Assembly (NCBI GenBank): GCA_965649295.1
Contig: CBFGKH010000002.1
Span: 192,001 to 256,000 of the forward strand
DNA from: a candidate division WOR-3 bacterium
GTDB lineage: Bacteria; Hydrothermota; Tepidihabitantia; Tepidihabitantales; Tepidihabitantaceae
DNA length: 64,000 nt
Direction: 5' to 3'
Below are positions 62,570 to 64,000 of this stretch, in pieces (the first letter of the stretch is position 1; each line of letters begins with the position of its first letter). A program made the translations under genes and the position numbers. The notes beneath the pieces are model-generated. The model had not been told where the DNA came from. It searched no databases and was given only the letters and a program-made list of their open reading frames with translations.

Positions 62570-63658
62570 CTAGCCCTCGGCCACGCACACCACCGGCCGC
62601 GTGCCGGTCTTTGTCCCGAGCTTACGGCGTTGCACGAGGTCAACAAAGGCTTCGAGCCGGGTGAGTAGGCCGGTTCGCGAAGTGTGCTCGTCAAACGAAA
62701 GCGACAGCACCGGCACGCCGGTACGGGCCGAAAGCCGCTCCAGCGCCGAAAGAGCGATGTTCTCGGGCATACAGGTGAAGGGAAAGATGTGAACGATACC
62801 GTCAACCGGCTGGCGCGAGAAATAGACCGCCTCGCCAACAGTGCGATAGGCCTCGCCACCCGGACACTCGGCCAGATACTCTCTTGCCAACCGCGCCGAG
62901 CGGGCAAACTTCGGGTCAATCAGGAGTAGGTGGCGCAGGTGGCGATAAAGACTGCGCTCAAACACCACCTCGACCCCCAGCCGGCCCAGCTCCTTCTCAA
63001 TCTCCTGATTCGCAAACTGCTCAATCATAAAATAGATTTCACCCACCAGCGCCAATCTCGCTGCCGGCTTGCGGCTAGCGGTGCAAAACCGACGCTCCAG
63101 CTCAAAACGGGCCTTGCGAATCGCCGCGCTCGTCCGCACTCGCTCAAGCAACGGCAGCGCCTGCCTCCGCAGCGCCTCGGCCCCGGCAAAATCAACTGCC
63201 CGCCGCCGGTTGAGTAACTCCCGAAACCGCTGGGCGAGAAAGCTCTTTTGGAGCAGCAACGCGGTTGCCCGGACAACCCGGCTTGCCGGTACCCCAAAGA
63301 GCGCCGGCAAAACCCGAAACGCGCACTCCAACGGCGAATACTGGGCAATCGGAATCAAGCGGCAGCCCAGCCCGAGCCGCTGTAGCGTCTCGCCCTGCAA
63401 GTAGTGATAATACCCAAACCGGCACTTGCGCGCGCCGGCCGCCATCAGAATAGTATCAGCACCAAGCTCGGCCGCCTCAATCATATTGCCCAAGGTCAGC
63501 TTATAAGGCAGGCAAATCAGCTCCGGCGAATGGAGCACCCCCAGTTCCATTGTCCGGCGCGAGTTTGGCGGCGGCAGCACCACTTCGGCGCCCAGTTCCT
63601 CGACAAAAGTCTTCAGGGCATAAGTGTCGTAGCCAAACCGGGGAAAAGAGACCTTCAC
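62570..63658 (-). CDS. CoA-substrate enzyme activase-associated protein (DUF2229-like)
   Basis: SPELICLPYKLTLGN, CRFGYY, LVGEIY, PFTCMPE, DEHTS..G..TRLEAFVD. Confidence 0.85.
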   Translation of the reverse strand: MKVSFPRFGYDTYALKTFVEELGAEVVLPPPNSRRTMELGVLHSPELICLPYKLTLGNMIEAAELGADTILMAAGARKCRFGYYHYLQGETLQRLGLGCRLIPIAQYSPLECAFRVLPALFGVPASRVVRATALLLQKSFLAQRFRELLNRRRAVDFAGAEALRRQALPLLERVRTSAAIRKARFELERRFCTASRKPAARLALVGEIYFMIEQFANQEIEKELGRLGVEVVFERSLYRHLRHLLLIDPKFARSARLAREYLAECPGGEAYRTVGEAVYFSRQPVDGIVHIFPFTCMPENIALSALERLSARTGVPVLSLSFDEHTSRTGLLTRLEAFVDLVQRRKLGTKTGTRPVVCVAEG

Positions 63659-63676
63659 GCTGCTGGCGGTAAAGGA

Positions 63677-64000
63677 CTAGGTCGGCCGGTTCCGTGCCTG
63701 CCGGCGCTCGGTCAACTCCAAAAAAGCCTCGATTCGGGTCACGAGCCCGGCCGTACCGGTGTGCTCGTCAATCACCAGCTCCAAAAACGGCACATCCCGT
63801 TCGGTCGCCTCTTTCCGCATAAACTCGGCCACTAGCGAATCCGGGCCGCAACCCATCGAAACGAGGAGGCAGATGCCATCCACCCGCGGCAACAGGAACC
63901 GGAAGGCATTATAAAGCTCGCGCTCATAGGCCCAGCGAATCTTGCCAGCAAGCCCGTCGCGCGAAGCGAGTAACCTTTGGGGCAGCTCATCCTTCGTACA
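63677..64000 (-). CDS. DUF2229-like activase-related protein, C-terminal part (5' end outside window)
   Basis: Frame open to the window edge; VDGI...SMGCGPDS, IDEHTG.AGL.TRIEAF. Confidence 0.85.
   Translation of the reverse strand, partial: CTKDELPQRLLASRDGLAGKIRWAYERELYNAFRFLLPRVDGICLLVSMGCGPDSLVAEFMRKEATERDVPFLELVIDEHTGTAGLVTRIEAFLELTERRQARNRPT

Overview
GC-rich bacterial chromosome segment. The six secreted proteins with Por/T9SS- or FlgD-like C-terminal tails, Kelch/BNR propellers and CARDB-like domains suggest an FCB-related lineage such as candidate phylum WOR-3; this is inference only. Housekeeping content: trmFO, asnA, asd, galE, holA, leuS, guaA, a CAU-anticodon tRNA, an ABC exporter pair, a DASS transporter, a sigma54-type two-component system with two target promoters, an AmmeMemoRadiSam B/A fusion and acyl-CoA dehydratase activase-type genes. 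A defence hotspot (22.3-31 kb) next to the tRNA holds an intact DUF6361-like/PLD/helicase operon (Azaca-like) between 5' stubs of a DEAD-box helicase and of hsdR, plus a Clp ATPase lacking its N-domain. Top observations: (1) Two unrelated secreted proteins (2851-4773, minus; 32710-34926, plus) each contain one in-frame UGA in the same context TCS-GGC-TGA-GGG-ACS (S-G-*-G-T). Each UGA lies inside a structural domain and is followed by a hairpin resembling a bacterial SECIS, so these look like secreted selenoproteins whose sorting tail depends on UGA recoding. (2) Three dispersed, highly diverged ~300-nt intergenic tracts have a 12-nt period phased to a shared GTCCCGGGG anchor. (3) Many genes appear to be transcribed as leaderless mRNAs.
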